From Cetorhinus maximus (taxonomy: Eukaryota), in NCBI RefSeq assembly GCF_964194155.1, contig NC_135893.1, forward strand, positions 60,140,001 through 60,204,000: 64,000 nt of DNA, read 5' to 3'. This document shows, in pieces, positions 37,301 to 49,000 of this stretch. A program made the translations under genes and the position numbers. Each line of letters begins with the position of its first letter. The first letter of the stretch is position 1. The notes under the pieces were generated by a model that was given only the letters and a program-made list of their open reading frames with translations, searched no databases and was not told where the DNA came from.

Positions 37301-40300
37301 GGTTTATTCACTGGCTCAGGCTCCTCCTGGTATGGTGTCGAAACAAGTTTCATTTGCTGGAACTTTACTTTCTCTGTACAAGGAGTGATGGCCTTCATAT
37401 GGCGAGTGAGGGCTCCAGATTCTCGGAAACTCATTCCACACATTCGGCATTTGTAAGGCCGCTCATCTGAGGAGACACCGTGACAGTTGTTAAACCTCCA
37501 GTCTAAACTCTGACAAACCTCCCAACACAGGTCAAGTATGCTGGACATTTACAGCCCCTCCTGAGAGATCAGTGATTTTATACCTATACTGAGCTGCTGA
37601 ACAATGAAACATCTTTAAGGACTAATCAACAGATAGATTGATCAAATAAAACTCATTTTTACAAAGGGGACACCACCTCGGAATTCACTGGAAATCTGAA
37701 TGAGATTATTCCAGATTTATGACATGTGTGGAGCACAAACACTAGCACAAACCAGATGGACCAATTGGCCTGTTTCTGTGCTATAATTTCTATGTAAAGT
37801 AATAAAGTTTTCCTTAAAATAGACATAGGGTTAGAATTACACTGAGGAATTTGCATTTGTCAACAGGGTGTGTGCAAAAGTACACAGGTGAAAAGCAACA
37901 GAGAGTGGGGAAAGGGAAGCACAAAGTAACAATTGGGGTAAATCTGTCTGGAAGGAGATGCTGAGCCTCACACTGTCAGGGGGCTTGATTGATATCAAAG
38001 AAAGGCAGTCAGCAGCATTGGGAGCTCTTCAATTTGTGAAAGATGTGAAATGTCGGATGCCCCAGAGCCCACTGGGGGGAAATGAGGGGATTGTAGGATC
38101 ACTCAGATCACAGATGGCCTCAACAAGGAACAGAGTGGACACAGGGAAAAGTGCCAAAGGCAGCCAGCGAACCAGCGGCTTTAAAAAGGCCCAATATCTG
38201 TATGGAGAAAGAAAGACAGAGGCTAAGAAAGCACTCACTGCTCACTGAAATGTAAACTGTGTTACAACCAGACCTGGTCACCTTGCCTGGTTTTCTCACC
38301 TGTGTGCCGTCGGTTGTGTCGAACTAAAGATCCCTTTGTTCTAAATGCCATCCCACAAATCTTGCATTTGAAAGCCTTCTTGTCACTATGGGTAACCATG
38401 TGAGCCTTTAGGATGACAGCCTGCAAGTACAGCATCAGACCCTCTGAAAACAGGCGCAGGACTGGCAGATTCAAGTTACTGTCATACACACAACAAACAA
38501 ACAAACACACACACATCTTTCTAGAGGCATTTCTTGTAATCATGTCAAATTATCAGGATATCTTGAACTTCTGAGCTGATATTTCTGACACTGTAGCAAT
38601 TAACTCCATTTAGCACGTCAATGAGTTACTAATCAGTTCTTTATTAATGGACAGTATTGTGCCTCCAAATAGGGAAGTGGGGTGGGGATGTGGTTCCACA
38701 ACTGTAACTTTTGCACACCCCACTTTTCAAGGCATCCAAGCTGCTCAGGGCTCGCAAGTACCTGGGACACCCCTGGATAGGGACACCCCTAGCTACAAAA
38801 GGTCAACAGCTCTTACAAGTGTTGTACATGGAGGATGTATATATTTTTTGAATTACAACATTTTGCTTGTTTATTTTTTAAAATTCTTCCATCTATTTCT
38901 CCTCAACCACCCCCAACCTTGCACAGCATACTATTCCTAAGGCAAGACACAATCTGCCATTATCACTCAGCCAACAGTTAAATGATGCATTAGTGCTGCG
39001 CAGAACAACTCTCTTACACCAGTCCCAAAGGTTTACTGAACCCAAATGGAGACTGAATTAGGAAAGAAAAAACTGGGTTAAAACCCTATGTGTCCACTCA
39101 CCTAACACTAGCAGAGGGGCAGTTCCATTTCATTCACTCCTCACAATTTACTCATGCTAGCAGTTTTTCAACCATACAGTCTGTAATTACAATCCGTCCC
39201 CAAAGTCCAGGTGATTTAACTGACCGTTTTGAAAGTCTTTTCGCAGACCTGACACACGAATCGCCCTTCATCAGTTAGAATCATCTCAAATCTCTTCTTT
39301 TCAGTCCCACTCTCTTCCTCCGTGCTTTTCTGACAACTGTGGCCATCAGCTCCATCATTGGTGGGATGTTCATTCTGCTGTAGCTGAGGGTATTCACACA
39401 ATTGTTCCTCTGAGATCTGGCATGTCTTGTTGCTCCCATCAACTGGAAAAAAGATTATAAATTAGGAGATGAAGCTCAGCACTGCACTGATCCAAGGCAA
39501 GGCACAGCTACCCATCCTAAAAGAGGACCCAGACAACAGTAACTCTTAGGTTACTGCAGCGTTTAAAGCTACAGCATCATCCAAATTTCTCAAGGTTTTA
39601 GCTCCTCATAAAACCCTAAATTTGAAAAACAGAAAATTGCATGGGGCAGAGAATTTGATCTGGAACCTGCGTTCAAATTCCACCTGAGCTAATGGGCTCT
39701 GTCTGCTTGTTCTAAGTGAAATGAGCTTGGCCAGTCTCAACCCAGTTCTCGTGCATCGCGAGCCACATTACAAGGCTGCACTTAATTAGCCAAATCATTC
39801 ACAAAGGCACAGGATAGCTACAGTCCAGAGCATTCTTCTGTTGGGATTGAGAAACATTAAAGGTACACCGTAATGCGAGTAAAACTCTGCACCTGAAACA
39901 TGTCATACCTGACCTGGGAGTGCTTAGTGTCAGCACTGGATGCCTGAAATGGCAATTGTTCTAAATCCCAGAACTGAAACCTCTCACCTGTGATAAACTT
40001 CACAAAAATAAAGTAAATCTTTCCCGGAATTCCTCACCTGAGTGCGATTTACTGTTTGCTTCGGGCTGTGATAGGGAAGCCACAACCAACTGCGTGAGAG
40101 TGATTGCCGAGTCCAAGGACACTGACTCCTGGAAGCAGAGAGGGAAAGAGATTTAAGAGGCATATGGGTCTCCAAGCTGACAGAACCTGCCTCAGTTCCA
40201 CAAATATTCCACCTTCCACCAGAAAGGCAATTCAAACAAAAGGAGTTTCTGCTGTCCCATCAAATTTAAACAGGAGCTCTCTCTACCAGCTAAACCCCTT

Positions 40301-43300
40301 CCCAAAATAGGAACCTTACCACCCAGGTCCCTTTCAAATGATCTTCACCCATATCATCTATAGAGAATCAAAATCCTGTTTTAGTTTTTTTGGTTACCTC
40401 TAAATTTGGTATGGGGAGGTGGGTGGTAGGTAAAAGGAGGAGGAAGGGGAGAGACAGAGAAATTGCGAGAGAGAAAGAAAAAGAAGAAAATAGAGAGGGA
40501 ATGAGGGAGGGAACAAGAGCCAGAAAGGGAAAAAGAAGAAAGAGAGAAAGATAAAAAGATTATATAGCACTCTTCACAACCTCAGGACATCACAAAGTGC
40601 TTCACAGTCAATAAAGTACTTTGAACTGTAGTCACTGGTAATGTAAAAAATAATAACAGCAAGGTGCAGATGATGGAGATGCAGGCAGGAAGATGAAGAA
40701 TGAATAGCGAAGGAACTAAAAAAAAGAGAAGTGGGCAAGAAAAACAAAAGCAAAGAGCAGAGTAAATACAGAAATAGATCACAGATGAACCTCCAACACA
40801 TGAAATTGGAAGCACCAATTACCTTGGGAGTTGCCTGGTAGATATGCAGATGGTCAGAGTCACCAGTGGACAGCGCCTGGATCCGCTGGCATGCTTTCTG
40901 TAGTTTGTGGGTAATGAAAGCCTCCAGGTTGCAAAACTCTGTCTGACAACGGCCACACTTGTGAACATCATGCTCTTCTACAAGGAAGATCCCAGAGTTA
41001 GTGCAGCAAATATATCACTCCCACCATCCCACCCAGAGACAATACAACAAATATTATTCGACTGAGACACTGATAAATTTTTGTTAAACAATTATATCAA
41101 AAGTTACAGAATAAAGGCAGGTAAATGGAGCTGAGGTACAGATCACTTATTATCTAAATAGGCAGAACATGCTGGAGGACCAGCTAGTCTAACTTCAGCT
41201 TTTACTGCATTGTGCGTTAGATCAGGACTAGTCAGCACTTGTGTCCTAAAACGTTTGACTACCTTTAAATAATTCTTTGAAGAATCAAAAGGGCAGACTA
41301 GATAAATACATTGGAAATTGCTGATATAAAAATAATGATTGAAAATCCACATGATAACATACAAGAGACTTATGGCAAAAGTAATGTCACAAACAATTAA
41401 GGGAATATGGCCACCTAGATGGACAAATGGTCAAGGGATAAAAAACAACGGATAGTGGTAAAATGAAGTCTTGGACCGGAAATATATCGTATGTGATGTT
41501 TCACAAAAGTTGAGTAAGACTCTTATTTATTTTATATACAAACATGTTCTGAACTTGGGGATTCATGAACAAAACTGAAATAAGCTGATGCCTGCAAATT
41601 GGGAGGCATTGCAAATTATGAAGATTGTAAAAGACTACAGGGCATTGATGGGCAACCAGGAGGAGTAGGTAGGTGCCAAATGCAGTTCAATGTGGAAAGT
41701 ATTGAAGTAAATCATTTTGAAAGTGCTTATAGATAAAGGAAACAAAGTTTTAAAAGGCACGATTTTAACTGGCATACTGGAACAAAAGATTTTGATAATT
41801 AGATACACCTAAAACAAAAATGATGTAATCTTTCATTCATTCACTGCTTGGGGGACCCGAGTTTAGGATAAACTGGCAACTACTTCTGTTACACTTCTAA
41901 ATATACTTCCATTGGTCATAAAGCACTTTGGGATGTTCCAAGATCTCCCGTAGCTTTGCTTCTGATGAGTGAGAGGTTACTTTATAGCAATGGCAGAGGC
42001 TGTTAACAAAGTGTGACCAGCAGATATAACAGGAAGTGTGACATTTGCTGTATGTGCAACATTAAAATTGCTGAGACAGCAAAGAGTGGACATAGGAGTT
42101 ACTTTAGACTAGTTTCCTGGAACATTCACCCTAATTCTTTTATGATCTCAAGGGAGACCATTGACTTTTTAAAAGAAATTTGAACGCCCAGTTACAAACT
42201 GAAAGAATTTTGCCACAAGGTTTCACATTTTAAACAAAAACCTTTACTGTACAAGGTTAAACAATGTAAGGACTACTAACTTAACATTATACATTTAAAT
42301 CCAAAAATCTCAACAATACAATCCTTGTTCCACTGTTATTTCCACCCATTAGTTCCCCTATACTTTACAGGATCTTGAGGATTCCTTCATTTGTGCCAGG
42401 TGTGCTACAGCTCTCAGGAGTTCTCTTTGATTCTCCTTAGTGTTCCCGTCATTCTCCAAGGTATGAGATTTCTTGGGGTCCTTCCATTAGCATCTGGCTA
42501 GGTGACCCTTCATATCTCTTTAAGCAGCTTATGATTCTGGACACCCAAGGTCAAGCATGGGCCTCACTGCTTTCTTGCTCAGTGACTCCAAAATCGGAAA
42601 ACACCCTTGGTTTTTGATAGCCCTTTTACTACTGATCTAGAGCTTCTAGCAAATTCTCTCCCTGCTTCTCAAAACTGCTCCCAGGACCCAACTGTAACTG
42701 CTGGAAGCTTTCTCTCTCTGTTTCTGAGCTGTTCCTGCTCCAGTCATGAACTCTGTGTCTGAAAAATCGCACAGGTAAACCCAAAACAAAATAGTACACC
42801 CCTGCAACTTATCTCCACGTGACTTGGCACCCCAGGATGAACCAGATAGAGATTTCAACTAATTAACTTCATCTTCCAAAACATATACTTTGATCTGAAA
42901 AGTCTATAGATTCTGAAAAGTATATGGATTCTTTATGAGTTTACCTTATTTACCAGTTGCTTTCCAATCTTTCTTTGATGCAAGAAATTACATGATTAAC
43001 TTAAACCACTTACGAAGACAACTGTAGACATCTTGTGTCCACCAAGACTCAGAAAGGACCCCCCGGCATTATTCAGCGTTTTCCCACTTCAGACTTGCCC
43101 GGATTAAATAAATACAGGCCACCCTTTGAGCTGCAATCACTTTAAGTCTGTTTACCAACCTCCCAAACCAGGTGCTTCCATTATCTTAGTTTTAAAAACT
43201 TCAATCCCCAAGCTAAAAGTTATATTTCTAAAACATATGAATCATGAAATTAGACATTTTCATAACTCTGTCCCATGCCCTCCCATTGTAACCTTTGTCA

Positions 43301-46300
43301 CTTGCTTCAAAAACTTTGTCAAAAGCTACTTCACAAAACTCAGTTGATTACAATTCCAATCCGTATCAATCTACATCTTGGCTCTTGTTATCTTCACTGC
43401 TGTGAAGCAATTTGGAGCATTTTGTTACATTAAAAGGCACTAAAAGTAAAAATTATGCATAAACATAACATTTTCCATCTGTGGAGCGGTTCACAGGAAA
43501 ATTAACAAACAAAATTTGACAGCAAGTCACACAAGGAGATATGAAGGTGACCAAAAGCTTGATTTTAAGGAGCATTTTAAAGGAGAAGAAAGAGACAGAC
43601 AGGTTTAGGAAGGAAATTCGAGAGCTTAGGGTCTAGGCAACTGAAGACACGTTCACCAATGGTGGGGTGAAGGAAGTGGGAAATGCCAAGCAGGCTACAA
43701 TTAGGAACGCTGAGATCTTCAAGGGTGGTAGAAATGGAGGTGAGAGAGGTTGGGGTGAGGCTACAGAGAGAATTGAAAGCAAGGATATTAATTATAAGGC
43801 CTTGAGAGACAGGGAGTTAATGTAGGTCAGCTGAGAAATAACTACTAATTCTTGATTAGAACCACAAAGCAATTGGTGGCAACAGATGATGGATGGCTGC
43901 CAATATGTGATACCACCCTCTGAAAACTGCCATCTTTTAAGGGTGGCTCCAGTGACTCACCTGAAAAAAACACCATTCAGCAGTACAAAGTAAGCACATG
44001 CCTCAGTATAGAATAAACTATCTTTGAAGGACAGTAAAACAAATCAGACAGCAGCCACCAACAAGGTGAATTGACTGGTTACTTATGGCATGTTTGCTGT
44101 TGTTTGTTAGCTGCCTTTTAGCGACTGAAAATATAGGTCTCCTTTGCTTATGGGAGAATAGACTCAATGTTTTACACTCTACAGATGTGCAGAAATGTCC
44201 CCATGCTTTGCAAATGTGCCTCATACACAAACTACCTTTACATATATGTCCTTACAGGTCTCCTGTGGCATTGCTCGTGTTAAACCGTGGATACATTAAT
44301 TTTGAAGAACTTGAATTTTCTATAGCGTTTTTCATCGAATCCAGACATACTAAATGCTTCAGAGCCATTGAATTATTTTGAAGTCTTATAATGTAGACAA
44401 ATGCAACAGATAAATGTTGGTTCTGATGAAAGGTCATCAACCTGAAACATTAACTCTGTTTCTCTCCACTGATGCTCCCTGACGTGCTGAGTATTCCCAG
44501 CATTTTCTGTTTTTATTTATGATAAATTTTGCTATTGTTGATTGAGGGATAAATGTTGGCCCAACTTCTTCAATTTATGCTGTTACATTGTTCACATTGA
44601 CGAGAACTGGCAGAGGGGTCTTTGAATTAATGACTATTCTAAAAGACAGCATCTGACAATGCAGCACTCCTTAGTACAGCACGAAAATGTCAACCTAGAT
44701 AATGCACTCAAGTCTCCGGAGTGTTGCTCAAACTCACAACAGTCCGGCTTAGGGGTTATATACTACCACTGAGCCAAGACTGACACATTACAGGACTATT
44801 GTGTGAATTAATGCAAAGCCAAAAAAGGACATGCATTTCCACAGCACCTTTCACAGCCCTAGGAATTCCAAAATGCTTTACAGTCAGTTAAGTACTTCTG
44901 AAATGCTGTCTCTGTTGTAGTGTAAGAAATGCAAGAGCCAATTTGTACACAAGGTCCCACAAACAACAATCTGATCATTACCAGATACATTGCTTTTGTA
45001 GCGATATTGTTGGCCAGAAAACTGGGAAGAACTCCCCTGCTCTTCTTCAAGATAGAGTCATGGGATCTTTTATGTCCGGCTGGAAGTGAAGGTGTGAACT
45101 CAGATTTGCTTTTCATCCAAAACATAGCACCTCTGACAGTACTTCATTCCCTCAGTACTGTACTGGAGTATCAGCCTGTATAATAGACTCGAGTCTATGG
45201 GATAGAATTTAAGCCTATGACCTTCAGACTCAGAGGCAAGTGTGCTCCCAATAAGCCAGCAGACACCTACAATATTGCTGTGCGCGCCTAGGTCCGTTCC
45301 TTTAAGGCCACACAGTTTACCTGCCATAAACTGGCACAACCAGCGATCAGAGGGTAATTATTTATCTGAAAATCCATGACCTCTGCCTCAAGGTCAGAAA
45401 AAATAGCAGAAAATGACTGGTTGGCTTTTTGTTTTAAAAGAAAGATATGACCCAGAATAAAGCATGATGTATTCAAACTTTTAAAGACATTCATGGTCCT
45501 CAGTCATTGTACTGCTCAAATGAAGTTAGCTGGTGCATGCAGACAGGATCATTCTATAAGATAAATGTTATTCTGATGAGGTAAATCTATGTCTCTTTGA
45601 AGCCACAAAGTTGAATTACTGTTAAGTCAATAGTTGGTGAGGAATTATGGTTTAGGTTACAGGCCTGATGCTACAATGAAATGCTTGGTTTACTTTCTAA
45701 TAACAAACGTTGTTTGAAAAATCAGTCACCTCCTGTGTGAATAAGGCATTTTGAATTAGTGGACAGCTCATCTGTACATTGTAAATAATTGTCTTGCTTT
45801 CTTTACACCTTCTTCGTACTTTCTTTGCATTCAGGGATTCAAAACTAAGGTCTTCAGGTGAAGTGGAGTAAGAAGGTTGGAATAGTTAGACCATAGCACG
45901 CGATTCCATCCCCATTTTCAAATTTACATTTTGTTTCTATTTTGATATATTATCTTTGTTTGATTTGACATTGTATGTATTTAAATACAAAACCTTTAGG
46001 CATCTGGAAGATCTAAGTGGCTAGGAGATTCAAAACTGAGGTGCTCTAGCTCCACCACTGGGGGTAGGGTGTAATTACAGAATGACATGTTGGCATTTTT
46101 CATTATAAGAGAGACAGATTTGCATTTACATAGCCCTTTTCATGATCACCAGACAGCTCAAATTAATTACAGCCAATTAATTACTTTTGGAAGTGCAGTC
46201 ACTGTTGTAATGTAGGAAGCACAGCAGCTAATTTCCGCTCAGCAAACTTCCACAAACAGTAATGTGATATGGATCATATTTGTGATGTTGATTGAAGGAA

Positions 46301-47622
46301 AAATATTGGCCTGAACACCAGGGTAACTCCCTGCTCTTTTTTGAGATTGTGCCAACGGCATCTTTCACATTCACCTGAACAGACAGGCCTCAGTTTAACA
46401 TCCTATCTGAAAGGCGACAGCTCTAACAGTGCAAAGCTCCCCATTATATATACAGGTATTGGCATTTTTATTGAAAAAATTGAGAGTGACATGGAAAGTA
46501 AGGTTTTATAGATAGGAATTTTGCACAGATACAAGATCTTTTTAAAATATATCATGGTTATTGCCCCACCACCCTCATCTTAGTCAAGCTGTTGCTAGTG
46601 TAGATTGGGTCTGGGAGGTTTTGTCTTCAGTTGTATTTCCAGTGACCATGTGCCATGATCCAGGCCTGAGGCTGTGGCCACTATGTCTGTGCTCAGTGTC
46701 AAAGCACTTAATGAACATGGTGGATTGCACAGGTTAGAGCTAAGAGAGGGGAGCAGAGATAAGAGATGAAGGTATTTTTACAATCGAAGCTATGATGTGC
46801 TGGAACTTATAAATACTAGAGTGTTCCTGTAGGTTCAAATGTGGAGTAGTGCAACTAGAATTTCAACAGTCGGTTAAAAAGCCAATGTACCCACCGTTCA
46901 TGACTGCATGTACTGTATGTGTGAACTGCACTTACTTTAGAACATCAATGGGGCATGAAGATAGGAAAAGGGGAGAGAGTGCGATGGAGGTTGGCATAGG
47001 GGAGAAGAGAGGAGAGTGAGCACAGAGGTCAGAGGTAGAAGTGGGCAGAGATTGAGTGGGTGCAGGGGGCACAGGTAGGGCGGGGGGGGGTGGATGTGGA
47101 CAGGGGCAGGGGGCGGATGCGGGTGGGGCCGGGCACACCAGGTAGATGCGGGCGCAGGGGGCGGGCACAGGGAGCAGATATGGGCGGGCAGATATAGACG
47201 GGCAGATATACAGGCAGACACAGGGGTAAAAGAGGGCACAGCAGGCAGAGTCTATAGGAGAGGTGGACACAGATAGCAGAGAGAGGGCAGCTAGACACAG
47301 GGGCTGAGTTGGTACGAAGTGGAAACGGGGGCGGCGGTGCAGAATAGGCTCGAGGACTGTTAATGGAGACCCAGGGCTAAGTATCAACCGGTAACGTGGT
47401 GCAGCGGGTCTTGCTTGAAAAGACGACCCTTCAGTCTCCGGCCTGGCCTGACTGACCGACCGACCCTGGCCTTTACTAAGGCCTGGCCGCCTCCGGCCCA
47501 GATTTTCCAAGAAAACGCTAAAGCCGGGGTCGGGGCCTGAGCCAGGGCATCACGTTACCTTCCTCCCCGACACCGCTCGGGGCCACCACAGGCTGCCTCT
47601 CTGCCGTATTCTCGGAATTCAT
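16007..47622 (-). CDS. E4F1: Transcription factor E4F1 (C2H2 zinc finger), 14 exons, 759 aa
   Basis: complement(join 47559-47622,40823-40977,40038-40128,39225-39442,38300-38420,37287-37466,36011-36162,32289-32498,28490-28595,21189-21406,19310-19508,17268-17425,16510-16572,16007-16351) = 2280 nt, open throughout. Diagnostic motifs [71 protein letters not shown]. Confidence 0.95.
16510..16572 (-). CDS. E4F1: E4F1 exon 13 (63 bp)
   Basis: [21 protein letters not shown]; CAG acceptor, GTTGGT donor; phase 0-0. Confidence 0.8.
16700..17170. repeat. Degenerate CA-rich tandem repeat (CACATGTACACTAATAAC-like)
   Basis: Recurrent motifs in E4F1 intron 12. Confidence 0.55.
17268..17425 (-). CDS. E4F1: E4F1 exon 12
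   Basis: GGCHVG…[23 protein letters not shown]; acceptor is a GAGGAG tandem. Confidence 0.9.
17460..18910. mobile_element. Cluster of nested CR1 3' fragments (mostly -)
   Basis: [24 protein letters not shown]…[14 protein letters not shown] and several CR1 3' tails. Confidence 0.8.
19310..19508 (-). CDS. E4F1: E4F1 exon 11
   Basis: [18 protein letters not shown]…[29 protein letters not shown]. Confidence 0.95.
19820..20300. repeat. Degenerate minisatellite (CTA(C/T)AATCAGAA…AGAGA-like unit)
   Basis: Recurrent ~20-25 bp motif. Confidence 0.5.
21189..21406 (-). CDS. E4F1: E4F1 exon 10
   Basis: [13 protein letters not shown]…[41 protein letters not shown]. Confidence 0.95.
26471..26834. mobile_element. 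Solo-LTR-like insertion in CR1 ORF1, containing a nested SINE head (26588-26694)
   Basis: TGT…ACA ends, 5-bp TSD TCTGT/TTTGT. The nested tRNA-derived SINE is flanked by a 16-bp TSD CACCATGGTGTTGCAG (26572-26587, 26695-26710). Confidence 0.65.
26860..27104 (+). mobile_element. 5'-truncated non-LTR retroelement 3' end (Tx1/L1-like)
   Basis: 15-bp TSD TAACTAACAGATCCC (26845-26859, 27105-27119); C-terminal peptide [28 protein letters not shown]; CpG-rich, suggesting youth. Confidence 0.65.
28490..28595 (-). CDS. E4F1: E4F1 exon 9
   Basis: …[24 protein letters not shown] zinc finger; GTAAGT donor. Confidence 0.9.
29995..32225 (+). mobile_element. Ty1/Copia LTR retrotransposon remnant (GalEa-like)
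   Basis: 5' LTR 29995-30207 (TGTTAT…ATAACA, TATA box, AATAAA); PBS TGGTATCAGAGGATGGTT at 30208-30225 (tRNA-iMet); gag remnants YEQWKNE and [12 protein letters not shown]; Copia RT remnants [24 protein letters not shown]. Confidence 0.8.
30725..31252 (+). mobile_element. RTE-clade LINE 3' fragment nested in the Copia remnant
   Basis: [24 protein letters not shown]…NLKAS, typical of the RTE ORF C-terminus; short GATGA-type tail. Confidence 0.75.
32289..32498 (-). CDS. E4F1: E4F1 exon 8
   Basis: [31 protein letters not shown]… acidic region. The GTATCT donor is less certain. Confidence 0.85.
33877..34727 (-). mobile_element. Solo-LTR-like element inserted into a SINE
   Basis: TGT…ACA ends; the host SINE is split at CATC/CACC (4-bp TSD); similar in organisation to 42138-43267. 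Confidence 0.6.
35185..35842 (-). mobile_element. LINE 3' fragment (CR1/L2 group; related copies near 29320-29680 - and 33360-33780 +)
   Basis: [31 protein letters not shown]…[17 protein letters not shown]. Confidence 0.8.
36011..36162 (-). CDS. E4F1: E4F1 exon 7
   Basis: [36 protein letters not shown]…; CAG acceptor, GTAAAC donor. Confidence 0.85.
37287..37466 (-). CDS. E4F1: E4F1 exon 6
   Basis: [34 protein letters not shown]…; donor GTACTA gives phase 1. Confidence 0.9.
38300..38420 (-). CDS. E4F1: E4F1 exon 5
   Basis: [40 protein letters not shown]. Confidence 0.95.
39225..39442 (-). CDS. E4F1: E4F1 exon 4 (start of zinc finger 1)
   Basis: …[16 protein letters not shown]; CAG acceptor, GTCAGT donor. 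Confidence 0.92.
40038..40128 (-). CDS. E4F1: E4F1 exon 3
   Basis: [19 protein letters not shown]…; CAG acceptor, GTGAGG donor; phases 0 to 1. Confidence 0.85.
40823..40977 (-). CDS. E4F1: E4F1 exon 2 ([31 protein letters not shown]…)
   Basis: Conserved N-terminal Cys/His motif; TAG acceptor, GTAATT donor. Absent from the ORF track. Confidence 0.93.
42138..43267 (-). mobile_element. Solo-LTR-like element
   Basis: Inverted termini TTATGA…TCATAA; shares motifs (GCCACAAGGTTTCACATTTTAAACAAA) with the 33.9-kb element. Confidence 0.5.
44419..44520 (+). mobile_element. PLE family A 3'-end fragment with hammerhead-like motif (44419-44455)
   Basis: GGUU-CUGAUGA-A-AGGU(CAUCA)ACCU-GAAA-CAUU-AACU plus the family tail. 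Confidence 0.75.
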
Positions 47623-47800
47623 CGGGACTTCCTCTCCCTTGTCGCAAGGAGCACAAAATGGCGGGTTTACGACCTGCCGCCAAGGGTGGAGCCAGCAGCG
47701 GAGCGTGCGCGCGTTACTGCGGCTGCGCGGTGCAGGGCGAGCTGGGAAATGTAGTCCACTAATTTGTTGCGTAACGTGGTTCAAGCTACCACTTTAAACC
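47330..47800. promoter_or_regulatory. CpG-island promoter of E4F1 (divergent from PGP)
   Basis: CpG-rich. ZNF143/SBS motif GGACTACATTTCCCAGC on - at 47741-47757; YY1-type AAAATGGCGG near 47655; GC-rich GCGTGCGCGCG. Confidence 0.75.
47559..47622 (-). CDS. E4F1: E4F1 exon 1 ([21 protein letters not shown])
   Basis: ATG in the CpG island, donor GTAACG, phase 1 matching exon 2. Confidence 0.75.
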
Positions 47801-48713
47801 CGGTTTAAAATTAGATGGTAACTAGGTGGAGATGGGATCTCAGCTGAGTTCTCATGTTTGTTTTGCACCTGATCAAAATAAATTAAAAACGAATGGGATA
47901 GTGCCAATTGTAGAAATGGTTGTACAGTACAATTGTTCAGTTTACTCCTGAATATCATGTGTGGTCCAGGTCTCAACACAGTAGTGTGCTGAGTTGCAGT
48001 TTAACGTTCTAAACAATGACCCTAACAACATATGCTGGGCAGGAGAAAAGGCTGAACAGTTTTCATCTTCGCTGTCAGATGTATCCTCAGCTCTCATAGT
48101 AGGGCAAGATCACCAACTCAGAGGTCCTAGAGTGCACTAATTCCATCAGCATGCACTCATTGCTAAGCCAATGAAGTCTGTGCTGGCTCAGCCATGTTAG
48201 TCAGGCTCACAGTTAGTGTTATACCTGCCACATTGCTGTTTTTCACATTTTTCACATTCTCTTACTCAAATTGGGCATAACAGCTGCAACTTTTGCAATG
48301 TGCATCTTGTTTTTAGCATCACATGGCAGATTGGTTGTAATTATGGGGCCTAGATATGTGAAGCTATCAAAACCTCCAGCATCACACTATCAATGACAAT
48401 GGCAGTATGGCAACATGCTGGACCACAGCATTCACCTCCTTGATGCTGATAGTCAAACCAAATTCTTTATAAACATAATTCTTTAAAAGTGTCCACTTGC
48501 CCATGAAGGTGTTCCTCAAGAATGGAATGCTGGTTGGCAAATAGTGACAATCTAGTGATCTATTAGAAATATTGGCTTTTCTGTCGTTTGCAATTATACT
48601 TTAGAAATAATCTATCCACGGTCCTGACACAGATGTTAATTCATTTCAAATGGGTAATACATCATGTAAAATAGCAGATAACAACTGTATAACTATCGTT
48701 TGTATATACAGGG

Positions 48714-48880
48714 GGGTGTGGTTTGGGGAAATGGTGTTGAGGGTGTGGTTTGGGGGGAAATGGTGTTGAGGATGTGGTTTGGGGGGGGAAATGGTGCTGA
48801 GGGTGTGGTTTGGGGGGAAATAGTGTTGAGGGTGTGGTTTGGGGGAAATGGTGTCGAGGAAGGTTTGGGGGAATGTGTGG
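48714..48880. repeat. G-rich minisatellite, unit about 27-31 bp (GGGTGTGGTTTG(n)AAATGGTGTTGA), about 5.5 copies
   Basis: Directly visible tandem units with variable G-run length. Confidence 0.9.
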
Positions 48881-48899
48881 AGAAGGTTGGGATCAGTCT

Positions 48900-49000
48900 G
48901 GCTGTCTTCCTAGTTGAGGGACGGGGTGGACATTGGAAAAGGGGCGGGACCAGACCAGTTCTTTTGCCGGTTCCGCATTGGGCGACCTCTGCATTTGGCC
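48900..49000 (+). promoter_or_regulatory. PGP proximal promoter / 5'UTR
   Basis: GC box GGGGCGGGA near 48941, inverted CCAAT (ATTGG), CpG-rich sequence running into exon 1. Confidence 0.5.

Noticed and set aside
44256-44384. Possible 129-bp cassette exon in E4F1 intron 1 (AG…GTAAG on -)
   Set aside because: In-frame TGA in the required phase and a weak acceptor; no support without RNA data.
46932-47510. 192-aa Pro-rich ORF on the - strand
   Set aside because: Low-complexity translation of a G-rich tract inside E4F1 intron 1; no recognisable domain.
48714-48880. CRISPR-like array
   Set aside because: Head-to-tail minisatellite without unique spacers, in vertebrate DNA.
48914-49000. N-terminal extension of PGP in the ORF track
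   Set aside because: It begins at a non-ATG codon; the ATG at 49001 has a strong Kozak context and matches the expected start region.
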